In this document: positions 19,401-27,581 of the stretch, in pieces
Position numbering within the stretch: position 1 is the first letter of the stretch
Layout: each line of letters starts with the position of its first letter
Virus record (IMG/VR): IMGVR_UViG_3300020385_000019
Coordinates: 1-55,979 of that record
Length of the DNA stretch: 55,979 bases
Origin: a virus
Lineage: Duplodnaviria > Caudoviricetes
Direction: 5' to 3' (one strand)
Position numbers and translations under genes: made by a program
Notes under the pieces: model-generated
Told to the model about the DNA's origin: nothing
Database searches by the model: none
Seen by the model: only the letters and a program-made list of their open reading frames with translations

Positions 19401-22181
19401 CGTTGCTTGGCTAATTGCCGTATCTGTCGCAGATTTAGTAAAATAGTTATTTTGTAAATCTGCTGTCACTTCACCAATTTCACCATCAATAACAGACTTT
19501 AACGCGGTGGTTTCTTGACTGATCGCACTATCGGCTTGCGCTTTGGTATAAACGTTTTCGTATATATCAGCTTTGGCCTCGTCAATGTTTGAATTTAATT
19601 GCGTGGTTGCTTCACTGATTGATTGGTTTACGTCCGCTTTAGTCGAGTAATCATTAAAGAGTATTGCGCCAACACTATTGCCATCAGGATCTTCTATTGT
19701 TGCCTTTAGCAATTGTGTTGCCTGGCTAATAGCGCTATCTGTCTCGGTAGTCGTGTAAAAGTTAGTGTGTAGATCAGCACTCACACCTTCAATGCTAGAT
19801 TGTAGCTGCGTGCTTGCTTGTGTTATTGCGCTGTCAGTATCCGCACTGGTGTAGTAATCATTTGTTAGTACCGATTGAAAACCGCTCTCTACCTCAGATT
19901 TTAAACTGGTGGTTGCTTCACTTATGGCGCTTTGCGTATCAACCTTTGTAAGATAATTTACCTCTAAGTAAGTTTTATTACTTTCGACCTTACTATCTAG
20001 CTGAAATATTTTCTCAGCACTTGACGAAATACTATTAGATACCGCTTTATCAAGCGCGGTAATGCGCGCGCTGCTGTCATTAAATTGCGTTTCAATAAGC
20101 GACAGCGATTGCGCTAACGCGTTTGATTCATCCGTGATAGCTTCTTGTGTTCGTAGTATGTTCGCAGTGATAACTTGCTGGCGTTCGTTCGCTATATCGT
20201 TTGCCAACGCGTTTTCAATGACTGACTCGGCCAATGGATCAAATTGACTGTTTAACTCAAATACAGCGCGGGCAATCGCTTTTTCAGTATCTACCGTGGT
20301 TGAGTAGTCGTTAAATAAAGTCGCGCCTAAGCTTGTACCCTGCGGATTTTCTATTTGTGATTTTAAAAACTGTGAAGCAACGGCTATAGCCTGGTCAGTA
20401 TCCGCGCTAGTGTAGTAATCACTTGTAAGCGTTGAATTAACAGTGTTTATACGCTGCTCAATATCATTAGAAAGGTCACTGTCTAATTGCTCGATAGTGG
20501 TTTCTATTTGCGAGTTGAGCTGTGTAGTGGCTTGGCTAATCGCATTATCTGCTTGTGCGCTTGTGTAATAGCTTTCATCAAGTAACGCTGTTATCTCGCC
20601 CTTTGCATCGTTATCACCTGCCTCAATAACTGAACTTAAATTTGTTACCGCTTGGCTAAGCGCATTATCGACTTGTGATGATGTGTAATAATTCGTTTGA
20701 AGCGTAGCGCCAATGCTATCGCCGTTAGGGTTTTCAATGTCACTTTTTAGCTGCACGCCATACGCTGCGATTGCATTATTAGTTTCAACGCTGGTGTAGT
20801 AATCACTATGTATCAACGCCCCTAAACTGCCGCCTGTAGGGTTCTCTATCTCAGATTTTAACTGCTCTGCTGAAAAACTTATCGCGGTGTCCGTTTCTAC
20901 TTTTGTGTAGTGCTGTGACTGTAATAACGCCCCAATGCTATCGCCGTCAGCGTCCTCTATTTGCGATTTAATTAATTGCGTAGCTTCGGCTATGGCTTGA
21001 TCTGTGGTTGCTTTCGTATAGTAAGTGCTTTCAATATCACTCGACAACGCCAAGCCAGTCGCTTCTATTTCAACCCTGATAGTTTCCGCAGCTGCCGCTA
21101 TCGCTTCGTTTGCTTCTGATTTTGTTAAGAACTCAGCTTCTATGCGTGCGTTAACGTCTTTAAGTGATGATTCAAATTCATATAGCTTGGTTGTATTAGA
21201 CTGCCAGTTAGTATCATTTATAGATGCGCTTTCAATTAATTGTCTCGCCAGTGAATCGCTGCTAATTTCAACGGCCTCAACTCTGGCTTTAGCAGTATCG
21301 GCGGTTTGCTTTGCTTCACTCGTTTCACCTGTAAGGTCAATTAAGTTTTGACGCAACTCTGGTATGTCGTCATTAAATACGGCGATCTGCTGCTGAATAT
21401 CAGGTATATCAATAAGCGTTTGATCAACGCTCTCTTTGATTAAAGGGATCTCAACTAAGTTTTTATCAACGTCCTCTCTTAACGAGTCAATATCTATGCC
21501 GTAGTCATCAACTTTTACTTTTAGTGCGGGGATTTCTAAATCGGCTATGTCGCCAACTAAAAAATCGAGCGCAGGGATCTTGCTAATTTCAGACGTTAAA
21601 AAAGTACCAAGGTGCGACTTTTCGATCTGTCCGCCAATTTCATTGAGTATAAGCTCTGCTGATTGCTGCGTTTCTGCAAAAACACCTGCTGCGCCTTGTG
21701 TTGGCCCTTTCATATCGGCAATGTTTACAAAGCGCACCCAATAGTAAAACTCAGCACCCATGTTTACCGAGTCGCTAAATACGTCCGCCACTTCGGTTGC
21801 TATAAGCGTTGCACTGCCAAATGAATCTGTTTCACTGCGCCATATTTCAGCATAAGCATGGCCTCTGTAAGTAGGGTGATCCCAGCTCACAGCAATAAAT
21901 GTAAATCCACCTACGGCGGTTAGATTGACAGGCGCGTGTGGCCTTTCTATGCCGCCTGTTGTAATTGGCAACCCACCATCATTCGTCCCGCCGCCCGCGT
22001 TATTAATCAGCGCTTTTCGTTTCATATCATCCAGGTCAACAAGGTCACTTAATAATAAAGCTCGGTTGTTGCCGCGTTGGCCTGTTAATATTTCTATGTT
22101 TTCGGTAATAGCGCTACTGGTGGGATCTTGTCGGCCTTTTCTTACTATGCCTGGGAACATGCCTTTTTTTAATTTTGCCAT
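16464..22181 (-). CDS. Large tail/host-specificity protein (FnIII-like N-terminus, long repeated stalk, DUF1983/J-like C-terminal region)
   Basis: PHAPVNLTAVGG..WDHPTY..AEIWRS..YYWVRFVN; many YYTK..TDSAISQATT.LKS.IEDP.G.SIGA repeats; VFAVSGGKTVINTAII. Confidence 0.75.
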   Translation of the reverse strand: MAKLKKGMFPGIVRKGRQDPTSSAITENIEILTGQRGNNRALLLSDLVDLDDMKRKALINNAGGGTNDGGLPITTGGIERPHAPVNLTAVGGFTFIAVSWDHPTYRGHAYAEIWRSETDSFGSATLIATEVADVFSDSVNMGAEFYYWVRFVNIADMKGPTQGAAGVFAETQQSAELILNEIGGQIEKSHLGTFLTSEISKIPALDFLVGDIADLEIPALKVKVDDYGIDIDSLREDVDKNLVEIPLIKESVDQTLIDIPDIQQQIAVFNDDIPELRQNLIDLTGETSEAKQTADTAKARVEAVEISSDSLARQLIESASINDTNWQSNTTKLYEFESSLKDVNARIEAEFLTKSEANEAIAAAAETIRVEIEATGLALSSDIESTYYTKATTDQAIAEATQLIKSQIEDADGDSIGALLQSQHYTKVETDTAISFSAEQLKSEIENPTGGSLGALIHSDYYTSVETNNAIAAYGVQLKSDIENPNGDSIGATLQTNYYTSSQVDNALSQAVTNLSSVIEAGDNDAKGEITALLDESYYTSAQADNAISQATTQLNSQIETTIEQLDSDLSNDIEQRINTVNSTLTSDYYTSADTDQAIAVASQFLKSQIENPQGTSLGATLFNDYSTTVDTEKAIARAVFELNSQFDPLAESVIENALANDIANERQQVITANILRTQEAITDESNALAQSLSLIETQFNDSSARITALDKAVSNSISSSAEKIFQLDSKVESNKTYLEVNYLTKVDTQSAISEATTSLKSEVESGFQSVLTNDYYTSADTDSAITQASTQLQSSIEGVSADLHTNFYTTTETDSAISQATQLLKATIEDPDGNSVGAILFNDYSTKADVNQSISEATTQLNSNIDEAKADIYENVYTKAQADSAISQETTALKSVIDGEIGEVTADLQNNYFTKSATDTAISQATQLLKSEIEDAQGSSIGAVLFNDYSTTTQVEEAIAQATTQLNANIDDLKSDVYENVYTKANTDSAIAGSVTALKTELLQAIDDGDANALQTITADLQTNYYTQTEADSAISNATTLLKAAIEDPSGDSLGATLFNAYYTKANTDSAISEAVNAMQATIEDPNGSSIGADLQQNYSTTAETGLAISQATQQLKSAIEDPEGDSLAADIYQNFSTKTDTESAISTATTALKSTIDSDITDGDQGVKDEINADLQVNYSTTAETNTAISQAATALKSEIEDPEGGSIGATLFNDFQTKADAEEATASSSQQLRAEFMPSAQAIIENALANDLEGERRTFAEADLILNQRVLANEQTALAESVFALNASIDESKAGLYQLQTTFATKTQATAQDLLKLDSDVGNVKADLVNNYFTSAKVNEAIASADTALRAAIEDPSGDSIGADLQTNYYTKAAADSAISSATTQLKSAIEDPNGDSVGADLYVNYSTTAEVNQAISSARTALQSNIDGNKSQLETNYYTKTDTDSAISSAVTTLGSELDTELSNVNSLLQTNYYTKTQADSAISSATTQLKSTIEDPNGSSIGADLYNNFYTKTDADGAISSANQILKATIEDANGNSVGASLQTLSQTVASNEGDFSALWGVKTSVNGLQSSVGLVNDGVEPIFAVKGAKLAVITDQDPTNLTPVFAVSGGKTVINTAIIDEAFIKSLVTDDLLANRLLVGSRLTTPSINYNPSNGARSGNFSIDPNGNMLAKSATLQSVTIKDNNGNVVMSSTGAIPSSKVTGLGNLASKDSLAYDSITGKPSLGPFAGLSKILSSNVTTYIANGAIGSAQINQAYINQLFGQNASFYGTVYAENLEGDVYDSIIKSPSPVNSGSSNGELVSFTVAALPFARYVVISGIRVSDWGGMNSRFKSVSLYASHTSSIIQNHTTYGEGLIPSFTTTIPANTARTYYIRLGAGNQGAASGPVRFEAFKAGSTIS
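17560..21030 (-). repeat. Degenerate coding repeats (~35-45 aa unit) in the tail protein
   Basis: Recurrent units such as SIGADLQTNYYTKAAADSAISSATTQLKSAIEDPNGD; boundaries approximate. Confidence 0.8.
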
Positions 22182-23791
22182 TAGGCTGCTACCTCTCTCA
22201 TAGTCGTTGCAATAGATATACTGTGAATGGTCGCTTGCCCATAAACCTCAAAGGACCATGAATTACCGCGCGTGTTAGGCAACCTAAATGCTGATTTAGG
22301 TATTTGCCCTGGCGCTAAATGCAATACTTCAACTTCATCAGCGTAAATGCGCAGCCCTGAAAGCTCCGTGTCTACGCCTTTCACCATTGCACATGCAAAG
22401 CTTAGATCGTTAGCTATAAACGCCTTAGACTTCCATTCGTAGCTCATAACTTCGGGTCCAGCCTCCCACTTGCTAAGGTTTTTACCTTGGCAAATGTAAA
22501 GCGCATCATCAACCAAGCTATTAAAGCCGCAATTGGCCGTCGCTGTAAAATGCCTAAAATCGCCATTCGTAGGATCAAATATAAATGCCTTATCTAAATT
22601 GGCACCGTAAAAAGCCAGGTAACGCCCTTCCTGGTGGTACGCTTCAATCGTGCTTGGCTCATATTCCTGCCACTGCTCGCGAGTAATTATTTGCCCGGTA
22701 AGCATGGATAGCCCACCACCGTTAAGACCTATTAAACCATCAGGACTTGCGTAAATAAGTGAGCCGTTAACAATAACCGCTGATCGCGCGCTGGTGCACG
22801 ACTGATTAGATTCAAGCTTTTGCCCAGCCATTGAGTCTGGGTTAATGCCACTAAATAAATACGGGTAGCCCTCTGTGAGTACCGCCAGTGTATTGCCAAG
22901 TGCTGCACACGTTACTATTTTATGTTCGGTTGTTAGCTGGTAACCGGTAGGCCAGGCATATGGTAGGTAGGATTCACTAAAGCAAACGGTACTATCAAAA
23001 AAGCCCGCAAGTATCCCGTTAGCCATTGACGTTAAGCCAATCATGTTTTCGTTTGGCATTTCATAATCGTAAGTATCAAGTGATGAGCCTAGCTCGTCCG
23101 TTGGAATATCATCAACAAATTGATTTTGAGAAATAGGGATTTCAGCAACAAACAGGTAATCAGCTATGCCGCCGCCGGTTGCTGTTCGGTAGATTCGTCG
23201 GTGCGTGATATTCGACGCGTTCACGTTAGGCGGTGAAAACGATAGCTTTACATGCGTACCTTCTTCATCGGGGTATCTAATATCAATACGCTGAGATGCT
23301 TCTCCCGGCGGGCCTTCTTCACCCTGTTCAGTGACAAACGTGTGCGTGTAATAACGCGTTTCATCATCATTTGGATCAACTTCATCGGTAGCCGCATCGT
23401 TAACAATAGCGATTATCGGCACTTCTGGCGATTGTACGCCCAGCCGATAGGCGCTAGCTGGCATGATGGAACCGCTAAAAATCGCGTTGTTCGTTACCTT
23501 CGGGTAGCCGTCGCCAGTAAAGTAAACACGTTGCCATGGATCATCTGCTACAGGACTCGCCACCGCGTTAACAACTTTATTCCATGAAAACCAATGCTCA
23601 TTTAAGTGCTTGTAAATGGTTTTTGCATCAGAGATAACGGTATCGCCGGTAAGTGCCGGACGCTTTAAAGGTGATAAGTTGCCATTGTCAAAGTGGCAGC
23701 CATAGGATCTAGCGGCTGATTCGTTAGGTAGCAAGCGCGGATCAACTTTAGGCCGTTCACCGGCAAATGTTTTAACGGATATGGCAGGCAT
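22181..23791 (-). CDS. Tail tubular/stabilisation (nozzle-like) protein
   Basis: 536 aa; FAGERPKVDPRLLP start, CFSESYLPYAWP; position in the podovirus tail module. Confidence 0.65.
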   Translation of the reverse strand: MPAISVKTFAGERPKVDPRLLPNESAARSYGCHFDNGNLSPLKRPALTGDTVISDAKTIYKHLNEHWFSWNKVVNAVASPVADDPWQRVYFTGDGYPKVTNNAIFSGSIMPASAYRLGVQSPEVPIIAIVNDAATDEVDPNDDETRYYTHTFVTEQGEEGPPGEASQRIDIRYPDEEGTHVKLSFSPPNVNASNITHRRIYRTATGGGIADYLFVAEIPISQNQFVDDIPTDELGSSLDTYDYEMPNENMIGLTSMANGILAGFFDSTVCFSESYLPYAWPTGYQLTTEHKIVTCAALGNTLAVLTEGYPYLFSGINPDSMAGQKLESNQSCTSARSAVIVNGSLIYASPDGLIGLNGGGLSMLTGQIITREQWQEYEPSTIEAYHQEGRYLAFYGANLDKAFIFDPTNGDFRHFTATANCGFNSLVDDALYICQGKNLSKWEAGPEVMSYEWKSKAFIANDLSFACAMVKGVDTELSGLRIYADEVEVLHLAPGQIPKSAFRLPNTRGNSWSFEVYGQATIHSISIATTMREVAA

Positions 23792-23921
23792 AGTATTCGC
23801 TTATAGTTAGATTAAATGTTTAATTGCTGCTTTGGGGCGGGTTATCTGAGTTTAATTACTTTGCTTTCCCATTTGTGCGCGCTTGCAGTGGCTGTCCCCG
23901 TCAAACGGCTTTGCTAAAAAA

Positions 23922-24341
23922 TCAATAATTAGCATTTGATATTGCCCACATTGCTGCAAAATTATCTGTTGCAAGCTCATGCGCCTCTACTATTTCGGCT
24001 TTGGTGCACTCAATCATTACACCGGTATCTACGTCAGCCGTAGACCATGGCACTATATGACTGTCGGGCTTATCCATTATCTTAATAACTGCGTTTCCAA
24101 GGCGTATAATGCTGCGCTCGTTTGCATCAAACGACTTGCCCGATGCGATAACGACTGTTGCAGCATCTATCGACGCCTGGCGCTTAGCTTTAAATGACGC
24201 TACATGCGGCGGCTCTTGCGATTCTTCGTATGCTTTTTGACTCAGAACGGCTTCGATCGCGTCGCCATCTAAACCTAATTTGCTCATGTATTCAGTGCTT
24301 GTATCTGTGTGATACTCACCATTATGTAAATATTTAAACAT
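23922..24341 (-). CDS. DUF4376-like tail fibre assembly/chaperone protein (start MFKYLH)
   Basis: GAGGC RBS before ATG at 24341, overlapping the RT stop; GKSFDANERS...WSTAD motif. Confidence 0.6.
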   Translation of the reverse strand: MFKYLHNGEYHTDTSTEYMSKLGLDGDAIEAVLSQKAYEESQEPPHVASFKAKRQASIDAATVVIASGKSFDANERSIIRLGNAVIKIMDKPDSHIVPWSTADVDTGVMIECTKAEIVEAHELATDNFAAMWAISNANY

Positions 24342-25611
24342 AGTCGCCTCTTTTAAATGATTGGTTAAGTAGCTTTTTGCGCAGGTTATAACTATTTGCG
24401 TGACTTGCATGGCCTATCCATGACTGTACGGATTGATTTATTTCGGGTAAATTTACCTGCCCAAGCTCGTACTTTATATGAAAAATTTTTAGCTTTCGCT
24501 TTATGCTTTTTACACTGCTTTTGCGTAACAGGCGGTGGGTTGAGTAAATTCTATAGCCTAAAAAATCGAGCGCACGACCGCCTTTTTTGGCGATTGGAAA
24601 AACTTGTGTTTTGCTGTTGGTTTTTAGTTTTAAATGCTGCTGTAAAAAATTTTGTATCGCTATGCGCTGGGTGTGTAAGTAGTTTTTATTTTGATGAATA
24701 ATTACAAAATCATCCATATAACGCGTATAGTTTTTTGCTTTTAGCGTGTGTTTTACATACCAGTCCAGCTCATGAAGGTACACGTTGGCAAATATTTGAC
24801 TCGTTAGATTACCCAGCGGCATACCAACGCCTGGGCTGTCACTTGGGCTTGCGTCAATAATGTAATGCAGTAACGTTAATGTCATTTCGCATTTTATTTT
24901 ATTGCTCAATAGTCGCTTTAATATTGCATGATCAACGCTTGAGAAGTATTTGCTTATATCCGCTTTTAGCGCGTAGGCCACTCCATGCTTGCGCTCTATT
25001 TGTTGAATTTGCCTTTGCGCCACATCGGCCCCTCTGTGCGCGCCTTTGTTGTTTCGGCACGCATATGAGTGATGAATAAATGTTTTATCGAATAGTGGCT
25101 CTATAACATTAAAGATGGCGCGATGCACAACACGATCGCGAAAGTTGGGCGCTGATATTAGCCGGCGCTTGGGTTCAAATACATAGAAATGGTGGTAGTT
25201 CGATAGCTCATACGTTCCCCAGTTTAGTTCGTTATATAGGTTGATAACGTTTTCTTCGAGGTTGTTAAAAAAATTGAGGGTTGCCGGTGAGTTTGCCTTG
25301 CCTTTTCTGCACTGGTACGCTGAGTTTAATATATTCTCATAGCTGACTATTAAACTAAAAGTGCAGCCGGTTGACGCATCAACCGGCTTGTTCAGTGTTT
25401 CAGCAAGCGCTGAGGTTGCAGCATCCTTTTCAAGGTTGCACTGGCACAGCCCCGTGAGGTCGGTACTTCTGGCGTTATCAAGAGCTGGACGGAAACCAAT
25501 ATTGCTGTTCGCATTCGTGCGCGAGTTGTTGAAGTTGAGTGCTCCAAGCCCAGCATTGGACGTGTTGTTCCAATTGCCACCGCGATACGGCATACGCTCC
25601 CGCGTAATCAT
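24334..25611 (-). CDS. brt: DGR reverse transcriptase (ORF includes TR in-frame at its 5' end)
   Basis: PKRRLISAPNFRDRVVHRA, GMPLGNLTSQIFANVYL (DGR SQ motif), YTRYMDD, DFLGY. Confidence 0.95.
   Translation of the reverse strand: MITRERMPYRGGNWNNTSNAGLGALNFNNSRTNANSNIGFRPALDNARSTDLTGLCQCNLEKDAATSALAETLNKPVDASTGCTFSLIVSYENILNSAYQCRKGKANSPATLNFFNNLEENVINLYNELNWGTYELSNYHHFYVFEPKRRLISAPNFRDRVVHRAIFNVIEPLFDKTFIHHSYACRNNKGAHRGADVAQRQIQQIERKHGVAYALKADISKYFSSVDHAILKRLLSNKIKCEMTLTLLHYIIDASPSDSPGVGMPLGNLTSQIFANVYLHELDWYVKHTLKAKNYTRYMDDFVIIHQNKNYLHTQRIAIQNFLQQHLKLKTNSKTQVFPIAKKGGRALDFLGYRIYSTHRLLRKSSVKSIKRKLKIFHIKYELGQVNLPEINQSVQSWIGHASHANSYNLRKKLLNQSFKRGDYV
25365..25388 (-). other. 10-bp perfect hairpin in the spacer 3' of TR
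   Basis: AGCCGGTTGA-CGCA-TCAACCGGCT. Confidence 0.7.
25483..25601 (-). repeat. DGR template repeat (TR)
   Basis: 119 bp, AAC/AAT-rich; 103/119 identical to VR. Confidence 0.95.
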
Positions 25612-25964
25612 AATGCTGCATCCTTGTTTTTCATCTTAACAGATTTTACCCACCCACCAAGCATCTTGCCTATTTCAATGAGCTTTTCGCTCCATATTTT
25701 ATATTTTTTAGTGTCTAGGTAGCGCATATCCTTGGCTGTGCGTATCATTCTTTTGAGCATGGTTAGTTCTATATCCATATCGGTTAACGTGGTCTTTTTG
25801 TGGTATCGCTTAAATGCAGTAATAATAAGGCGCTGCAGTGCAAGCATGCTGCGGCGTATTTCTGCGCCCATAACGTGCGTTTCGTGCTTTGGGAATTGCT
25901 TTAATGCTAAATAGCCGTAAACCATCATTTCTCGTGTTTTTTCTTCTATTGATAATGCGTACAT
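25608..25964 (-). CDS. avd: DGR accessory variability determinant
   Basis: 118 aa basic helical protein; FPKHE..G..IR, EIGKMLGGW motifs; located between target and TR. Confidence 0.92.
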   Translation of the reverse strand: MYALSIEEKTREMMVYGYLALKQFPKHETHVMGAEIRRSMLALQRLIITAFKRYHKKTTLTDMDIELTMLKRMIRTAKDMRYLDTKKYKIWSEKLIEIGKMLGGWVKSVKMKNKDAAL

Positions 25965-25994
25965 TTACCTAATCTTAAAAGTGAAGTTGATTGT

Positions 25995-26012
25995 GCTGCG
26001 CTATCGCGCAGC
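25995..26012 (-). promoter_or_regulatory. DGR homing hairpin/cruciform downstream of VR/IMH
   Basis: GCTGCGC-GATA-GCGCAGC on the coding strand, 17 nt after the target stop. Confidence 0.85.
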
Positions 26013-26029
26013 GTTCAAAGTTGCTAAAT

Positions 26030-27580
26030 TCAAGACTCAAATAAAGCTGGACGGAAACCAATAATGCTGCTCGCAGCCGTGCGCGAGAGGTGGAAGAGGA
26101 GTGCTCCAAGCCCAGCACCGGACGTGTTGTACCAAGCGCCACCGCGAGACGGCAAACGCTCCCCAAAATTTCGACTGTAGATGCTACCATTTAAAATAGC
26201 GCCGGTTGGCGGCTCAATACCCATTTGTCGCATTAGCAGGTTTTCAACGTAAGACGGGTCTTTGCTTGTAGTACGCCAAGTGTTTGAGTTTGTATTTCCA
26301 GAGTTTTGACTATCACCCAGCGTGCCTAGTCGATTCTCAATCATGCTATTTAAAATAACGCTTCCACTGGTTGCACCGCTTGAATCAAAATAGCATTCGT
26401 GGGCTGGCCAGTCCCCTTCAAGCATGTCAGGGTTATTATCAATCGGTGCAAATATCTGGCCTTCTTGCAGTTTGAGCTGATCTTGCCACTCCCACACGTT
26501 ACCAACCATATCGAATACGCCAAATTGCGTGCCGTCGTGGCTCCACGTTGCAGGGCCTGTGCCTGTGTAGCTCGATGCTGAATGACCAGTGTCGCCAGGC
26601 GCATGAGCTGCCGATGCGCGGGTTGCAACTTCGTGCTTTGCATCGTGTGCGCGTCCGTAGTTTGTATCGCCGCGTGGTTGCTCGCCAAATGCAAGGCCAT
26701 AAAATGCCACCGCAAGCCATTCAATATTTGCAGATAAATGCCAGCCTGTGCCTTTGTTTGTGCACAGTGATTTTGCGGTGTCGTAATTAACTGACGTGCG
26801 GGGCTGCACGCCTGCAACAACGCTGCATCCACCATTCTCGCCAGCGCTGGCAATGTATTTTGCATACCAAAAACCACGCATTTGCACACCGTTTTTAATA
26901 AACGCAGGAAACACGCCTGTTCCTAGCTGTAAATCAACACCGTGGCGCGCTAGAATTGCAGCGTTAACGTCCTCGCTGTTGAACTTAGGTATCCACACCA
27001 TGATGTTAGGGTTGCCTTGTGCGTCATATTTTACCGTGTTTTTGCCGCTACTCGCCGCCTCCACGGCCTCACGGTAAGCGGTTTGAGCGCGAGTTTCTAC
27101 TGCATCTCGCGCCGCATTCCATTCCGATCTTGCAGTGCTGGCGGCCTGCTCTGCATCATCAATCATTTGGTGCGGTGTTTTTATTGACTGCTTCAAGCCA
27201 TGGCTGTCGGTTAATTCTTCTGTCGCATTGCTAGAGTTTAACCAAGTGCGCAATTCATCTAAGAACAATTGCTTTTGGTTAAATTGAACTGACACTTGGC
27301 CCGCAATTCGTGTAAGTATTGTGCCGGAAGTGTTACGTAAAATTGCGTATGATTTATCTGGGCCTGTGCTGCCCTCAAAGCCACGATCAAGTGTAATGCT
27401 TGTATCACTATTAACTGCTATTACTTCATACCAGGTCTTTGCATCTAGCGTGAAAACATCACCAATAGCAATAGCAATTACATCGCTTTGCCAATTTGTA
27501 TCCACGCCAACGACTGATTGGCTACCACCAACTACGTTTACTTTACCTACGCGATACCACGCGCCTGCGCTTGCTGTCAT
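26030..27580 (-). CDS. Tail fibre/receptor-binding protein, DGR target with C-type-lectin (FGE-sulfatase-like) fold
   Basis: Fibre-type N-terminus WYRVGKVNV..GSQSVVGVDTNW; GVFDMVGNVWEW, RGGAW, IGFRPAL. Confidence 0.9.
   Translation of the reverse strand: MTASAGAWYRVGKVNVVGGSQSVVGVDTNWQSDVIAIAIGDVFTLDAKTWYEVIAVNSDTSITLDRGFEGSTGPDKSYAILRNTSGTILTRIAGQVSVQFNQKQLFLDELRTWLNSSNATEELTDSHGLKQSIKTPHQMIDDAEQAASTARSEWNAARDAVETRAQTAYREAVEAASSGKNTVKYDAQGNPNIMVWIPKFNSEDVNAAILARHGVDLQLGTGVFPAFIKNGVQMRGFWYAKYIASAGENGGCSVVAGVQPRTSVNYDTAKSLCTNKGTGWHLSANIEWLAVAFYGLAFGEQPRGDTNYGRAHDAKHEVATRASAAHAPGDTGHSASSYTGTGPATWSHDGTQFGVFDMVGNVWEWQDQLKLQEGQIFAPIDNNPDMLEGDWPAHECYFDSSGATSGSVILNSMIENRLGTLGDSQNSGNTNSNTWRTTSKDPSYVENLLMRQMGIEPPTGAILNGSIYSRNFGERLPSRGGAWYNTSGAGLGALLFHLSRTAASSIIGFRPALFES
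26045..26163 (-). repeat. DGR variable repeat (VR)
   Basis: 3' end of the target gene; 16 differences from TR, all at TR adenines. Confidence 0.95.
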
Positions 27581-27581
27581 T

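Larger units (their letters stand above)
24334..27580 (-). mobile_element. Diversity-generating retroelement cassette (target-avd-TR-RT)
   Basis: All components present; adenine-only TR/VR mismatches. Confidence 0.96.

Noticed and set aside
24334-25611. RT as a group II intron, retron or Abi RT
   Set aside because: SQ motif, adjacent avd and the A-specific TR/VR pair identify a DGR; no maturase or endonuclease extension
25392-26190. Two similar short ORFs (25392-25580 and 25975-26190) that look like paralogous genes
   Set aside because: They are alternative-frame translations of TR and VR
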